NCBI GenBank assembly: GCA_965178125.1
Contig: OZ237747.1
Span: 930,001 to 994,000, forward strand
DNA length: 64,000 nt
Direction of reading: 5' to 3'
From: Bilabrum cf. latius
Taxonomy: Eukaryota
Part shown: positions 22,789-35,838 of the stretch, piece by piece
Position numbering within the stretch: position 1 is the stretch's first letter
Layout: each line of letters starts with the position of its first letter
The notes under the pieces: generated by a model
Databases searched by the model: none
Told to the model about the DNA's origin: nothing
Seen by the model: the letters and a program-made list of their open reading frames with translations, nothing else
Position numbers and translations under genes: made by a program

Positions 22789-23862
22789 ATGTTGTGGAAT
22801 ATGATATCCATGCACTCAGGTACACTCATGTCTGGAATGCATCGTGGCATGCGACTGTGTTGGGCTGCTCGGCAAGCTGCTTCGACATCCATCGGCAGTT
22901 GCACACGTGAGGCATTTGTAACTGGCTGCCGTCCGACCAATATCCTAGGTTTGATCCGTGCTACATTGAATCACGATGAGTATTGGATTTGTTCTTGGTG
23001 CTTTTCGCAGCCGCTGGAATGGGCCCTTGCATTCAGCATGCGACCGGTGGCCTGCTTCAGCCTGGAGTGCGCTTGGCATCTTCTGCTTGCGGGAGCTGGA
23101 AACGATCCGTGGCAGAAGATCGATTGGTGGAGAGCTCTCAGTGAGCCGGATAAGCCTTCGAATCCTTGGTATGTGGCAGGGCATGATGCAGGATATTTCG
23201 GCAGCCCTTCTGGAGCTGCCTTGCTGCTGCGTTGGGGCCAAGATCAATGGAGGCAGGCAGTGGATAAGTTCCCTGGGACTGACACGTGGTCCAATGGTTT
23301 ATCTTATGGATTGCATTGTAGGATTGGGGATGACGATGACACTGAAATCTGTCGCAAGGATTTCGAAGATCGTGGCTTGGGGCATTTGCTCGCTGCAAGG
23401 ATCAAGAAGAACCCGCGCCACATCCTGCGGAGGCTCTTCGAGATCGCACCTGACGGCGTGCTGGATCCTGTGAAAGGCCTGGACCCTCGCCGGGCCGATG
23501 CAGTCATCCGATGGAGGCGGGCCCATGAGGCCCACAGGGACGCAAGCATGGTGTTCCGGGCGGCGAGCGAGGGCAGGCCCATGGAGCTGGAGAAGAGGCT
23601 GAGGCTGGGCAAGCTGGCGGGTGGGCTGACCCGGGCGGGCCGTGTGGGGTCTGGTGCATGGGGAGCAGCAGCGGTGCGGCTGCTGAGTCCAATGGAGGCA
23701 GCTCGTGTGGGGGGTCATGGGAGGTGTGTGGCTGTGCTGTAGGAGGCGTGGGAGGGGCAGGCGACTGGCAGTGAGGGTGCTTGTGAAGGCAGGGGTGGGG
23801 CTGGGTCGGGGGGTGCGGCAGTGTCGAACTCGCTGATGCGGCTGGGTCAGACCACGAAATGA
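22789..23862 (+). CDS. Array gene A2 copy 1: divergent ankyrin-like protein; may have extra 5' exons from ATG 22429
   Basis: ORF 22789-23742 reads through TAG to TGA 23860-23862. Ankyrin-like segments are PLEWA..LECAWHLLLAGA, VFRAASEG..LEKRLRLG and SPMEAARVGGHGRCVAVL. A GTGAGT donor lies at 22461 and a CTCTCGCAG acceptor at 22541-22549. Confidence 0.55.
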
Positions 23863-24120
23863 GTCGGATTTGAGTGCGTATTCGATTAGGAAGCTGTTCA
23901 GCCTCAGGCGGTGGCAGAAAGGAGCGGCATGCGTTCCTGCCCGCATGTTGTTGCCGCGGAGTGCTGCATCCGTGCTTCGGGCCTGTGTTGAGATAGTCTG
24001 TCGGCGGTTGCAGCCGCTGGAATCGACAACTGCAGTGCGAACAGCATCTTGAGCACGTGAGAGAGGTTGCAGTCCGTTTGCGGGATGTACGCTTGTTGAC
24101 TTCGTTCAGAATCAGTTGCA

Positions 24121-24924
24121 ATGGACGGCAGCGCTGGTGGTGGCAGTCAGCCGTCTGGTCTGCTTGTCAAGCGGGCCAGAGAGGCCACGGCTGCAGGTGA
24201 GGCGGAGAGTGGCAGTGGCGCGGCGCAGTCCGCAGGGACGCCCTCGGGCAATTCACTGACGCGACTCACAGCACGGTCGTTCCCCGAGACTGGCAGTGGA
24301 TCCGTGGGTGCTTATCTGCAGGATCCGCGAGCATTGGTGGGTTCGGGTGAGTCGGCGCGATCCAGCGGTGCAAGGAGCGCTGGCCTGCCTCAGTTCGAGG
24401 AGCAGCCGCCGCCCAAACGGGGACGCATCGACTCAGAGAAGAGTGGTTTGTGTTTTGCGGCGAACCTCCGGCGTCCACGGCCAGCCATCGGGTTGCAGTA
24501 CGGCGGCAATGAGGCAGCAAGCTCAGCCATGCAGCTCTAGGTGCGGGAAGCCTTGGACCGCCAAGTCCACCGGAAGGCAGCTCAACTGCGCAGTCATGGG
24601 GAGCAGTCGTCTGGTCCTGCCAGGGGGCATGTGGAGTCGCCACACAGCCTCTTTGCGAGTCATGCACAAGGTGCAGGCATGAGGCCGTCAGATGGCGGAG
24701 CATCAGGCAGCTCATCATCTGCACGGCCACGCCACAGTGAAGGGAAGCAAGCAGGCGCCAGCAGCCCGGCATCTAGGCCTGGGCGCTCTCGAATGGGATC
24801 GTCTTGCGGTGCTGGGCGTGACCGGGCGGACGGGGCCTCGGATCTTGGAAGTGGCTACCTGGACGATGCAGAGGGGGGCACGAGTGGCCAAAGTGGGATG
24901 GAGTCGGGCGATGAGGATCTGTGA
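24121..24924 (+). pseudogene. Orphan 3' fragment of gene B (267 codons from an internal ATG) in a short unit
   Basis: Matches the C-terminal part of gene B (33050-33853); TAG at 24538, TGA end. Equivalent fragments lie at 21383-21888, 27157-27960, 36163-37011, 39247-40051 (1-bp frameshift near 39523) and 54777-55580. Confidence 0.55.
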
Positions 24925-25824
24925 CCTTGGGTGCACACGGCTCGTAATGCTCGAAGTGCCTTGCCTGGCTCCATTGGCGCTTGCGTCTGTAGCATCGCGC
25001 CCGACTTACCTGCGACTGTCGATCCTTCTGTTGACGGCATCTGGATGGGGGAAACGTTTACTCTCTTAGTCTGTCCACCCGTCTCCCGATTTCTCCCTGC
25101 CAGTGGGTGCCACAACCCCAGTGCTAGTGGTGCTTCCTCTTCCTCCTCTTTGTCCACTTGTTTCCCCCATTTGCCTTCATATCTGCCACGCCCACGACTT
25201 GATGGCTCATCCGAGCCCCCTGTACAGTGCGCTACCTCAGCGGCTCTGCCTTGCACTCGGAGATGCAGGGCACTGCAAGCCCTCCGGAGGATCGGAGGAT
25301 TTCAGCGGAGCAGACTAGATAGAGCTGGGCTAACCTTGGACTCCAGCTTCGATGGATCGATTCGTACTTTATCATTGATTCCCATGACTCCATGCAGGCT
25401 GTATTCGTCCTTGCTGCAGAGGCGCAGAGAGGGACGGGGCCAGCAATACTTGCGAGATCACGGCATGCAAACGCCCTTCAGCCAAGAGCTTCGATCGTGA
25501 GTTTGCCCCCTTGTCTGAGATCAGCTTGACATGCCATGTCGATGATACCAGCGGCTGCTTTGGCACTCGCGTAGCACTCTTGCAGGAGGGTGTAGCAAGC
25601 CGCTGTTCAGTTCGCTTCTGCAATCGCTGCGGGCAAGGTCGATGTGGCCGAGCAGCAGCTGTACGAGAATGCCGCTCTTCTGGCTGGGTGGAGCGGTTGT
25701 GGCGTCTTGCTTCGGGTGCAAGCGCGCTTGACTGCACCGAATGGCGATGTGTGTAGGTTGATAGTGAGAATCAAGCTGTAGACTGAGTGTATCGCTTTCG
25801 GTTGCATAGATTGGCTGCATCCGT

Positions 25825-26898
25825 ATGTTGTGGAATACGATATCCATGCACTCAGGTACACTCATGTCTGGAATGCATCGTGGCATGCGACTGTGTTGGG
25901 CTGCTCGGCAAGCTGCTTCGACATCCATCGGCAGTTGCACACGTGAGGCATTTGTAACTGGCTGCCGTCCGACCAATATCCTAGGGTTGATCCGTGCTCC
26001 ATTGAATCACGATGAGTATTGGATTTGTTCTTGGTGCTTCTCGCAGCCGCTGGAATGGGCCCTTGCATTCAGCATGCGACCGGTGGCCTGCTTCAGGCTG
26101 GAGTGCGCTTGGCATCTTCTGCTTGCAGGAGCTGGAAACGATCCGTGGCAGAAGATCGACTGGGAGAGATCATTCAGGGAGCGCAAGACGCCTTCGAATC
26201 CTTGGTATGTGGCAGGGTTTGATGCGGGATATTTCGGCAACCCTTCTGGAGCTGCCTTGCTGCTGCGTTGGGGCCAAGATCAATGGAGGCAGGCAGTGGA
26301 TAAGTTCCCTGGGACTGACACGTGGTCCAATGGTTTATCTTATGGATTGCATCGTAGGATTGGGGATGACGATGACACTGAAATCTGTCGCAAGGATTTC
26401 GACGATCGTGGCTTCGGGCATTTGCTCGCTGCACTGATCAAGGACAACCCGCGCCACATCCTGCGGAGGCTCTTCGAGATCGCACCTGACGGCGTGCTGG
26501 ATCCTGTGAAAGGCCTGGACCCTCGCCGGGCCGATGCAGTCATCCGCTGGAGGCGGGCCCATGAGGCCCACAGGGACGCAAGCATGGTGTTCCGGGCGGC
26601 GAGCGAGGGCAGGCCCATGGAGCTGGAGAAGAGGCTGAGGCTGGGCAAGCTGGCGGGTGGGCTGACCCGGGCGGGCCGTGTGGGGTCTGGTGCATGGGGA
26701 GCAGCAGCGGTGCGGCTGCTGAGTCCAATGGAGGCAGCTCGTGTGGGGGGTCATGGGAGGTGTGTGGCTGTGCTGTAGGAGGCGTGGGAGGGGCAGGCGA
26801 CTGGCAGTGAGGGTGCTCGTGAAGGAAGGGGTGAAGCTAGGTCGGGGGGTGCGGCAGTGTCGAACTCGCTGATGCGGCTGGGTCAGACCACGAAATGA
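25825..26898 (+). CDS. Array gene A2 copy 2
   Basis: Near-identical paralogue of copy 1; TAG 26776 is read through to TGA. Confidence 0.55.
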
Positions 26899-28865
26899 GT
26901 CGGGTTTGAGTGCGTATTCGATTAGGAAGCTGTTCGGCCACAGGCGGTGGCAGAAAGGAGCGGCATGCGTTCCTGCCCGCATGTTGTTGCCGCGGAGTGC
27001 TGCATCCGTGCTTCGGGCCTGTGTTGAGATAGTCTGTCGGCGGTTGCAGCCGCTGGAATCGACAACTGCAGTGCGAACAGCATCTTGAGCACGTGAGAGA
27101 GGTTGCAGTCCGTTTGCGGGATGTACGCTTGTTGACTTCGTTCAGAATCAGTTGCAATGGACGGCAGCGCTGGTGGTGGCAGTCAGCCGTCTGGTCTGCT
27201 TGTCAAGCGGGACAGAGAGGCCACGGCTGCAGGTGAGGCGGAGGGTGGCAGTGGCGCGGCGCAGTCCGCAGGGACGCCCTGGGGCAATTCACTGACGCGA
27301 CTCACAGTACGGTCGTTGCCCGAGACTGGCAGTGGATCCGTCGGTGCTCATCTGCAGGATCCGCCAGCATTGATGGATTCGGGCGAGTCGGCGCGATCCA
27401 GCGGTGCAAGGAGCGCTGGCCTGCCTCAGTTGGAGGAGCAGCCGCTGCCCAAACGGGGACGCATCGACTCAGCGAAGAGTGGTTTGTGTTTTGCGGCGAA
27501 CCTCCGCCGTCCACGGCCAGCCATCGGATTGCAGTACGGCGGCAATGAGGCAGCAAGCTCAGCCATGCAGCTCTAGGTGCGGAAAGCCTTGGACCGCCAA
27601 GTCCACCGGAAGGCAGCTCAACTGCGCAGTCATGGGGAGCAGTCGTCTGGTCCTGCCAGGGGGCATGTGGAGTCGCCACACGGCCTCTTTGCGAGTCATG
27701 CACAAGGTGCAGGCATGAGGCCGTCAGGTGGCGGAGCATCAGGCAGCTCATCATCTGCACGGCCACGCCACAGTGAAGGGAAGCAAGCAGGCGCCAGCAG
27801 CCCGGCATCTAGGCCTGGGCGCTCTCGAATGGGATCGTCTTGCGGTGCTGGGCGTGACCGGGCGGACGGGGCCTCGGATCTTGGAAGTGGCTACCTGGAC
27901 GATGCAGAGGGGGGCACGAGTGGCCAAAGTGGGATGGAGTCGGGCGATGAGGATCTGTGACCTTGGGTGCACACGGCTCGCAATGCTCGAAGTGCCCCGC
28001 CTGGCTCCATTGGCGCCTGCGTCTGTAGCATCGCGCCCGACTTACCTGTGACTGTCGATCCTTCTGTTGACAGCATCTGGATGGGGGAAACGTTTACTCT
28101 CCTCGTCTGTCCACCCGTCTCCCGATTTCTCCCTGCCAGTGGGTGCCACCACCCCAGTGCTAGTGGTGCTTCTTCCTCCACCTCTTTGTCCACCTGTCTT
28201 CCCCCATCGCCTTCATATCTGCCACGCCCACGACTTGATGTCTCATCCAAGCTCTCTGTCCAGTGCGCTACCACAACGGCTCTGCTTTGCCTTGCACTCG
28301 GAGATGCAGGGCACTGCAAGCCCTCCGGAGGATCGGAGGATTTTAGCTTCACAGACTAGATAAAGCTGGGCTAACCTTGGACTCCAGCTTCGATGGATCG
28401 ATTCGTACGGTATCATTGATCCCCATGACTCCATGCAGGCTGTATTCGTCCTTGCTGCAGAGGCGCAGAGAGGGACAGGGTCAGCAATACTTGGGAGATC
28501 ACGGCATGCAAACGCCCTTCAGCCAAGAGCTTCGATCGTGAGTTTGCCCCCTTGTCTGAGATCAGCTTGACATGCCATGTCGATCATACCAGCGGCTGCT
28601 TTGGCACTCGCGTAGCACTCTTGCAGGAGGGTGTAGCAAGCCGCTGTTCAGTTCGCTTCTGCAATCGCTGCGGGCAAGGTCGACGTGGCCGAGCAGCAGC
28701 TGTACGAGAATGCCGCTCTTCTGGCTGGGTGGAGCGGTTGTGGCGTCTTGCTTCGGGTGCAAGTGCGCTTGACTGCACCGAATGGCGATGTGTGTCGGTT
28801 GATAGTGAGAATCAAGCTGAAGACTGAGTGGATCGCTTTCGGTTGCACAGATTGGCTCCATCCGT

Positions 28866-29945
28866 ATGTTGTGGAATATGATATCCATGCACTCAGGTAC
28901 ACTCATGTCTGGAATGCATCGTGGCATGCGACTGTGTTGGGCTACTCGGCAAGCTGCTTCGACATCCATCGGCAGTTGCACACGTGAGGCATTTCAAGTT
29001 GTAACTGGCTGCCGTCCGACCAATATCCTAGGTTTGATCCGTGCTCCATTGAATTACGATGAGTATTGGATTTGTTCTTGGTGCTTTTCGCAGCCGCTGG
29101 AATGGGCCCTTGCATTCAGCATGCGACCAGTGGCCTGCTTCAGCCTGGAGTGCGCTTGGCATCTTCTGCTTGCGGGAGCTGGAAACGACCCGTGGCAGAA
29201 GATCAACTGGGAGAGATCATTCAGGGAGCGCAAGACGCCTTCGAATCCTTGGTATATCGCAGGGTTTGATGCGGGATATTTCGGCAGTCCTTCTGGAGCT
29301 GCCTTGCTGCTGCGTTGGGGCCAAGATCAATGGAGGCAGGCAGTGGATAAGTTCCCTGGGACTGACACGTGGTCCAATGGTTTATCTTATGGATTGCATC
29401 GTAGGATTGGGGATGACGATGACACTGAAATCTGTCGCAAGGATTTCGACGATCGTGGCTTCGGGCATTTGCTCGCTGCAAGGATCAAGAAGAACCCGCG
29501 CCACATCCTGCGGAGGCTCTTCGAGATCGCACCTGACGGCGTGCTGGATCCTGTGAAAGGCCTGGATCCTCGCCGGGCCGATGCAGTCATCCGCTGGAGG
29601 CGGGCCCATGAGGCCCACCGGGACGCAAGCATGGTGTTCCGGGCGGCGAGCGAGGGCAGGCCCATGGAGCTGGAGAAGAGACTGAGGCTGGGCAAGCTGG
29701 CGGGTGGGCTGACCCGGGCGGGTCGTGCGGGGTCTGGTGCATGGGGAGCAGCAGCGGTGCGGCTGCTGAGTCCAATGGAGGCGGCTCGTGTGGGGGGTCA
29801 TGGGAGGTGTGTGGCTGTGCTGTAGGAGGCGTGGGAGGGGCAGGCGACTGGCAGTGAGGGTGCTTGTGAAGGAAGGGGTGAGGCTGGGTTAGGGGGTGTG
29901 GCAGTGTCGAACTCGCTGATGCGGCTGGGTCAGACTACGAAATGA
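28866..29945 (+). CDS. Array gene A2 copy 3
   Basis: Paralogue with a 6-bp in-frame insertion (FQVVTG); ends at TGA 29943-29945. Confidence 0.55.
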
Positions 29946-30381
29946 GTCGGGTTTGAGTGCGTATTCGATTAGGAAGCTGTTCGGCCACAGGCGGCGGCAG
30001 AAAGGAGCGGCATGCGTTCCTGCCCGCATGCTGTTGCCGCGGAGTGCTGCATCCGTACTTCGGGTCTGTGTTCGAACCCCCTGTGCTGAAAAGGAAAGGA
30101 ATTCTGACGAGTTGTCCCTGCCCTGTCCTTGGCCGGCGGTGGTTGCAACCGCTGAAATCGATAACCGCAGTGCGAACAGCATCTTGAGCACGTGAGAGAG
30201 ATTGCAGTCCATTTGCGGGATGCAAGTGTAATGCTTGTATTGATCATTACCAGGCAACCCGCATTTGTCCCTTGGAGTGCTAGTTGTTAGTCCTTGCGCC
30301 CCCTTCGTTCGGCGGGCAAGGGAGCGATTTGGTCGACATTGCTTACGGTAGGCCGCAACTCGACCATAGGTAGATCGCTCG

Positions 30382-33300
30382 CGTTGCGCTGCTAGGAGGA
30401 CAGTAGCCCAAGGATCTGGCCCAGTGGTTCGCAGTGTCCCAGCTTACCTCTTTCTTGCAGATGTCGACGTGCTGCCCTAGTCCTTCTTGCAGGAGAGCTC
30501 GGAGGCTCATCGTCCTTTCAGGGTCGTCACGGCCCGTCCGCAGGCAAGGCCGCACGGGGCCTCACTGGTGCTGTGGTCGCGGCCCCCGGACCCAGAGCAA
30601 GCCCGAGCTCGCACCGATGAAGGAGAAGGATCGGTAGGTACTATGGGTGGGATGAATACTTCACCATCTGGTGCGCGCCCCGGTGAGGTTCCTCTTGCCT
30701 CGCCCGGGGAAGGGCACGTGCCGTTGTTCCACGGGGCCGACCCTGAAGCATGGGTACATGCGATGTTCCAGAGATTCGGACCGATACTGGGGTATTCCAT
30801 GAACGTGGATCGGTCGGTGGCGGCTATAATGTTTCTCAACCAGGCATCTGCGTGGGCGGCACTACATGCACTTGCAAGCATTCCTGGATAGCCACTGGGT
30901 CAAGTGCTGCTGGCCCACGGCGCCGGGGGGCAATCAGGCCCGGGGACGGCTGCACTTGGCCGCATCATACCCGAAGCAGTATACACGTGGCTAGGAGATG
31001 GAGAAATACATGGGCAAGAGTACGTGTTCATGAAGATTGGCTTGGAAGAGTCGGGCGCCGGTGCGATCCATGTTTCTGACAACCCTCTACAGCTGGATCT
31101 CGTGGGGCAAATGTTCGAAGTAGCCGCAACGTCGCAGCCATCAGGGATGGTGTTCTAGAGGTGCCGCGGCCCGCCCAAGGGAGGCGCATGTGACGCAAGC
31201 GTGTTCTCTCTGTCAACGCTCCCGGCGGGTCAAGCCGGACCTGGCATTCAGTGCGAGCTACATCGAGTGGCTGCAGGTGAGGCCAGCACAAGCTCGATGG
31301 AAGTGGAAATGGGCAGAATCAAAGGGGCGGGCTCAACGGCGGCGGGGGCCGCCCAGACGGCTATGAGAGCAGGCTCATCATCATCACCATCATCGTCATC
31401 ATCGTCATCTGCTGCTGCTGCTGCTGCGTCATCGTCGTCGTTGTCTGCACCTGCCGGGTCGTCAGACGTGTGCTTTCAGGTGCATGCGCGGTCATCGCAG
31501 GCGATGGTATCGATCGAGAACAGCGTGAAACGGCGCTAGTATAGTATTTGGGGAGATGCCGTCGAGACTAATACTCAGGTGGGAGTTGAATACTCAGGTG
31601 GGAGTTGAATGCCATAAGCAGCAGCGGCGACAAGCGGAGCAAGCAGCAAGCGGCGCGGCAGCAAGTCAGCCTGCGCCAACGTTCTCGTTCCAAGTGGCTG
31701 GGGAGCTCATGTGCTTGCGCAATCCATTGCATGTCACCTCTGTGATCGGCTGGGCGTCATGGAGGGCAGAGCTGGGCGATGCAGTTCGCCTTGCCGGGGG
31801 GAGGCACCCACACGCGCATCTTGCCAGGACAGAAGGGCTGCAGCGTGCGCTCAAAAAGCTGGACATGTCGACGTTCAAGCCGATGGCTCCTCGTGAGAAC
31901 GGGAGCGCACCTGTCATCGATGCATTGCAACAATCGGCGTGCCGGCTATTCGTAAACCGTGTGACTGGCCCTTGCCCGTAGAATGGGTTTGAGGAGTCTT
32001 TCTCTTCTCCCGCGCCTCAGAGGTACGAGCACGCAAGCCATCTGTCGGCGTTGGCGGCTGGCTTCCGGAAGATGGGCGGCAAGAAAGGCAGCACCGAGAT
32101 GTTTGGGCTGGACATTGAAAATCAGATTCGGAGGGTGCGTGGCTTTCAAGCATTGAGCTAGCATGACAAGGGCAAGAAGATCAAGACAGCGATTGAGGAA
32201 TAGATGGGACGAACAGTGAATCGACTTCGCAGGTACTCCGTGCTGCTCGATGACAGATTCATGGCCCAGCTCCGCATCGGCGTGCTGACTGCGGCACGAG
32301 CTCGATTCAGTGCTGCGCTGACCACATCCGAAGCTTGGACGGCGTTCTGTGCGAATGCCCCCGCTAGAGAGTTTGCTGAGATTGTCCAGAATGTGTTCGA
32401 CTCATTGCTTGCCGAAGCTGATGTGAAGACTATTAAGCCCAGAGATTCTCGCGCACACAATGCCGAAGGGGCAGGCGAGAAGGGATCAGGGCAGCTGGAA
32501 GTCGTCGAGTGGGCTGCCCGGATCATCGCTAGAGTGACGAGTTTGGGCGTCGTGCTGGAGCGGACAGGGCAGGTGCAGCCATCGCAAGGAGGCAAACACG
32601 AACGGAGTGGCGCAGGTCCTGGTCAAGAAGCGAAACCACTGTCGTCTGCAGCCCACGGCGCGGCTTCATCGTCGTCCTCATTATCCACATCCTCATCGTC
32701 CTCGTCGCCTTCGACCTCAGCTGCATCCTACTTACCTTCCCCAACTGAAGCTGGTGGCGCGGTTGATTCCTCTGATGTTGGCGCTCAGGTCCAACTCCGG
32801 TTCGGTCCAGGGCCTGGGCTGCCCGATTCGCGTGTGGTCAGCTTCGTGCTTGACCGTGAGCCGAACTCTGAGCCTAAGAGTGTCAAAGTGTCAGATACAG
32901 AGCACATGCCTAGTACAGCCGTTTTCATTCGGTAGAAGCAGCAAGATGTAGCGCGGATCAGCCAGCAGCAGCCTGCTTGGTGGTGCCGCAGCCCAGACGC
33001 CAGGACGCCCGTGGAAAGGTCGGTTGCGATGGATTCAGAATCAGTTGCAATGGACGGCAGCGCTGGTGGTGGCAGTCAGCCGTCTGGTCTGCTTGTCAAG
33101 CGGGCCAGAGAGGCCACGGCTGCAGGTGAGGCGGAGGGTGGCAGTGGTGCGGCGCAGTCCGCAGGGACGCCCTGGGGCAATTCACTGACGCGACTCACAG
33201 CACGGTCGTTGGCTGAGACTGGCAGTGGATCCGTCGGTGCTCATCTGCAAGATCCGCGAGCATTGGTGGATTCGGGCGAGTTGGCGCAATCCAGTGGTGC

Positions 33301-33853
33301 AAGGAGCGCTGGCCTGCCTCAGTTGGAGAAGCAGCCGCCGCCCAAACGGGGACGCATCGACTCAGCGAAGAGTGGTTTGTGTTTTGCGGCGAACCTCCGC
33401 CGTCCACGGCCAGCCATCGGATTGCAGTACGGCGGCAATGAGGCAGCAAGCTCAGCCATGCAGCTCTAGGTGCGGAAAGCCTTGGACCTCCAAGTCCACC
33501 GGAAGGCAGCTCAACTGCGCAGTCATGGGGAGCAGTCGTCTGGTCCTGCCAGGGGGCATGCGGAGTCGCCACACGGCCTCTTTACGAGCCATGAGCAAGT
33601 TGCAGGCATGAGGCCGTCAGATGGCGGAGCATCAGGCAGCTCATCATCTGCACGGCCAAGCCACAGTGAAGGGAAGCAAGCAGGCGCCAGCAGCCCGGCA
33701 TCTAGGCCTGGGCGCTCTCGAATGGGATCATCTCCCGGTGCTGGGCGTGACCGGGCGGACGGGGCCTCGGATCTTGGAAGTGGCTACCTGGACGATGCAG
33801 AGGGGGGCGCGAGTGGCCAAAGTGGGATGGAGTCGGGCGATGAGGATCTGTGA
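30382..33853 (+). pseudogene. Array gene B copy 1, 5'-truncated (start codon and most of the signal peptide deleted)
   Basis: Relative to copies 2 and 3, about 265 bp between gatcgctcgcg and ttgcgctgctagg are missing, including ATGCTTCGTATC. The remainder is open with TAG readthrough and removal of 31579-31597, ending at TGA 33851-33853. Confidence 0.55.
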
Positions 33854-34761
33854 CCTTGGGTGCACACGGCTCGCAATGCTCGAAGTGCCTTGCCTGGCTC
33901 CATTGGCGCCTGCGTCTGTAGCATCGCGCCCGACTTGCCTGTGACTGTCGATCCTTCTGTTGACAGCATCTGGATGGGGGAAACGTTTACTCTCCTCGTC
34001 TGTCCACCCGTCTCCCGATTTCTCCCTGCCAGTGGGTGCCACAACCCCAGTGCTAGTAGTGGTGCTTCTTCCTCCACCTCTTTGTCCACCTGTCTTCCCC
34101 CATCGCCTTCATATCTACCACGCCCACGACTTGATGTCTCATCCAAGCTCTCTGTCCAGTGCGCTACCACAACGGCTCTGCTTTGCCTTGCACTCGGAGA
34201 TGCAGGGCACTGCAAGCCCTCCGGAGGATCGGAGGATTTTAGCTTCAGAGATTAGATAGAGCTGGGCTAACCTTGGACTCCAGCTTCGATGGATCGATTC
34301 GAACTTTATCATTGATCCCCATGACTCCATGCAGGCTGTATTCGTCCTTGCTGCAGAGGCGCAGAGAGGGACGGGGCCAGCAATACTTGCGAGATCACGG
34401 CATGCAAACGCCCTTCAGCCAAGAGCTTCGATCGTGAGTTTGCCCCCTTGTCTGAGATCAGCTTGACATGCCATGTCGATCATACCAGCGGCTGCTTTGG
34501 CACTCGCGTAGCACTCTTGCAGGAGGGTGTAGCAAGCCGCTGTTCAGTTCGCTTCTGCAATCGCTGCGGGCAAGGTCGATGTGGCCGAGCAGCAGCTGTA
34601 CGAGAATGCCGCTCTTCTGGCTGGGTGGAGCGGTTGTGGCGTCTTGCTTCGGGTGCAAGTGCGCTTGACTGCACCGAATGGCGATGTGTGTCGGTTGATA
34701 GTGAGAAACAAGCTGTAGACTGAGTGGATCGCTTTCCGTTGCATAGATTGGCTCCATCCGT

Positions 34762-35838
34762 ATGTTGTGGAATGTGATATCCATGCACTCAGGTACACTC
34801 ATGTCTGGAATGCATCGTGGCATGCGACTGTGTTGGGCTGCTCGGCAAGCTGCTTCGACATCCATCGGCAGTTGCACACGTGAGGCATTTGTAACTGGCT
34901 GCCGTCCGACCAATATCCTAGGTTTGATCCGTGCTCCATTGAATCACGATGAGTGTTGGATTTGTTCTTGGTGCTTTTCGCAGCCGCTGGAATGGATCCT
35001 TGCATTCAGCATGCGACCGGTGGCCTGCTTCAGCCTGGAGTGCGCTTGGCATCTTCTGCTTGCGGGAGCTGGAAACGATCCGTGGCAGAAGATCGACTGG
35101 GAGAGATCATTCAGGGAGCGCAAGACGCCTTCGAATCCTTGGTATGTGGCAGGGCATGATGCAGGATACTCTGTGTTGAATCCTTGTGGAGCTGCCTTGC
35201 TGCTTCGTTGGGGCCAAGATCAATGGAGGCAGGCAGTGGATAAGTTCCCTGGGACTAAAACGTGGTCCAATGCCATATACTCTGGCATTTTTGGGCGAAT
35301 TTATCGTGCTGATCACGTTGGATTGAAACGCAAGGAGTTTCGTGAACGTGGCATGGGGCATTTGCTCGCTGCATTGACCAAGAAGAACCCGCGCCACATC
35401 CTGCGGAGGCTCTTCGAGATCGCACCTGACGGCGTGCTGGATCCTGTGAAAGGCCTGGATCCTCGCCGGGCCGATGCAGTCATCCGGTGGAGGCGGGCCC
35501 ATGAGGCCCACAGGGACGCAAGCATGGTGTTCCGGGCGGCGAGCGAGGGCAGGCCCATGGAGCTGGATAAGAGGCTGAGGCTGGGCAAGCTGGCGGGTGG
35601 GCTGACCCGGGCGGGCCGTGTGGGGTCTGGTGCATGGGGAGCAGCAGCGGTGCGGCTGCTGAGTCCAATGGAGGCGGCTCGTGTGGGGGGTCATGGGAGG
35701 TGTGTGGCTGTGCTGTAGGAGGCGTGGGAGGGGCAGGCGACTGGCAGTGAGGGTGCTTGTGAAGGAAGGGGTGGGGCTGGGTCAGGGGGTGCAGCAGTGT
35801 CGAACTCGCTGATGCGGCTGGGTCAGACTACGAAATGA
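34762..35838 (+). CDS. Array gene A2 copy 4
   Basis: Paralogue carrying the alternative SNAIYSGIFGRIYRADH block; ends at TGA 35836-35838. Confidence 0.55.
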
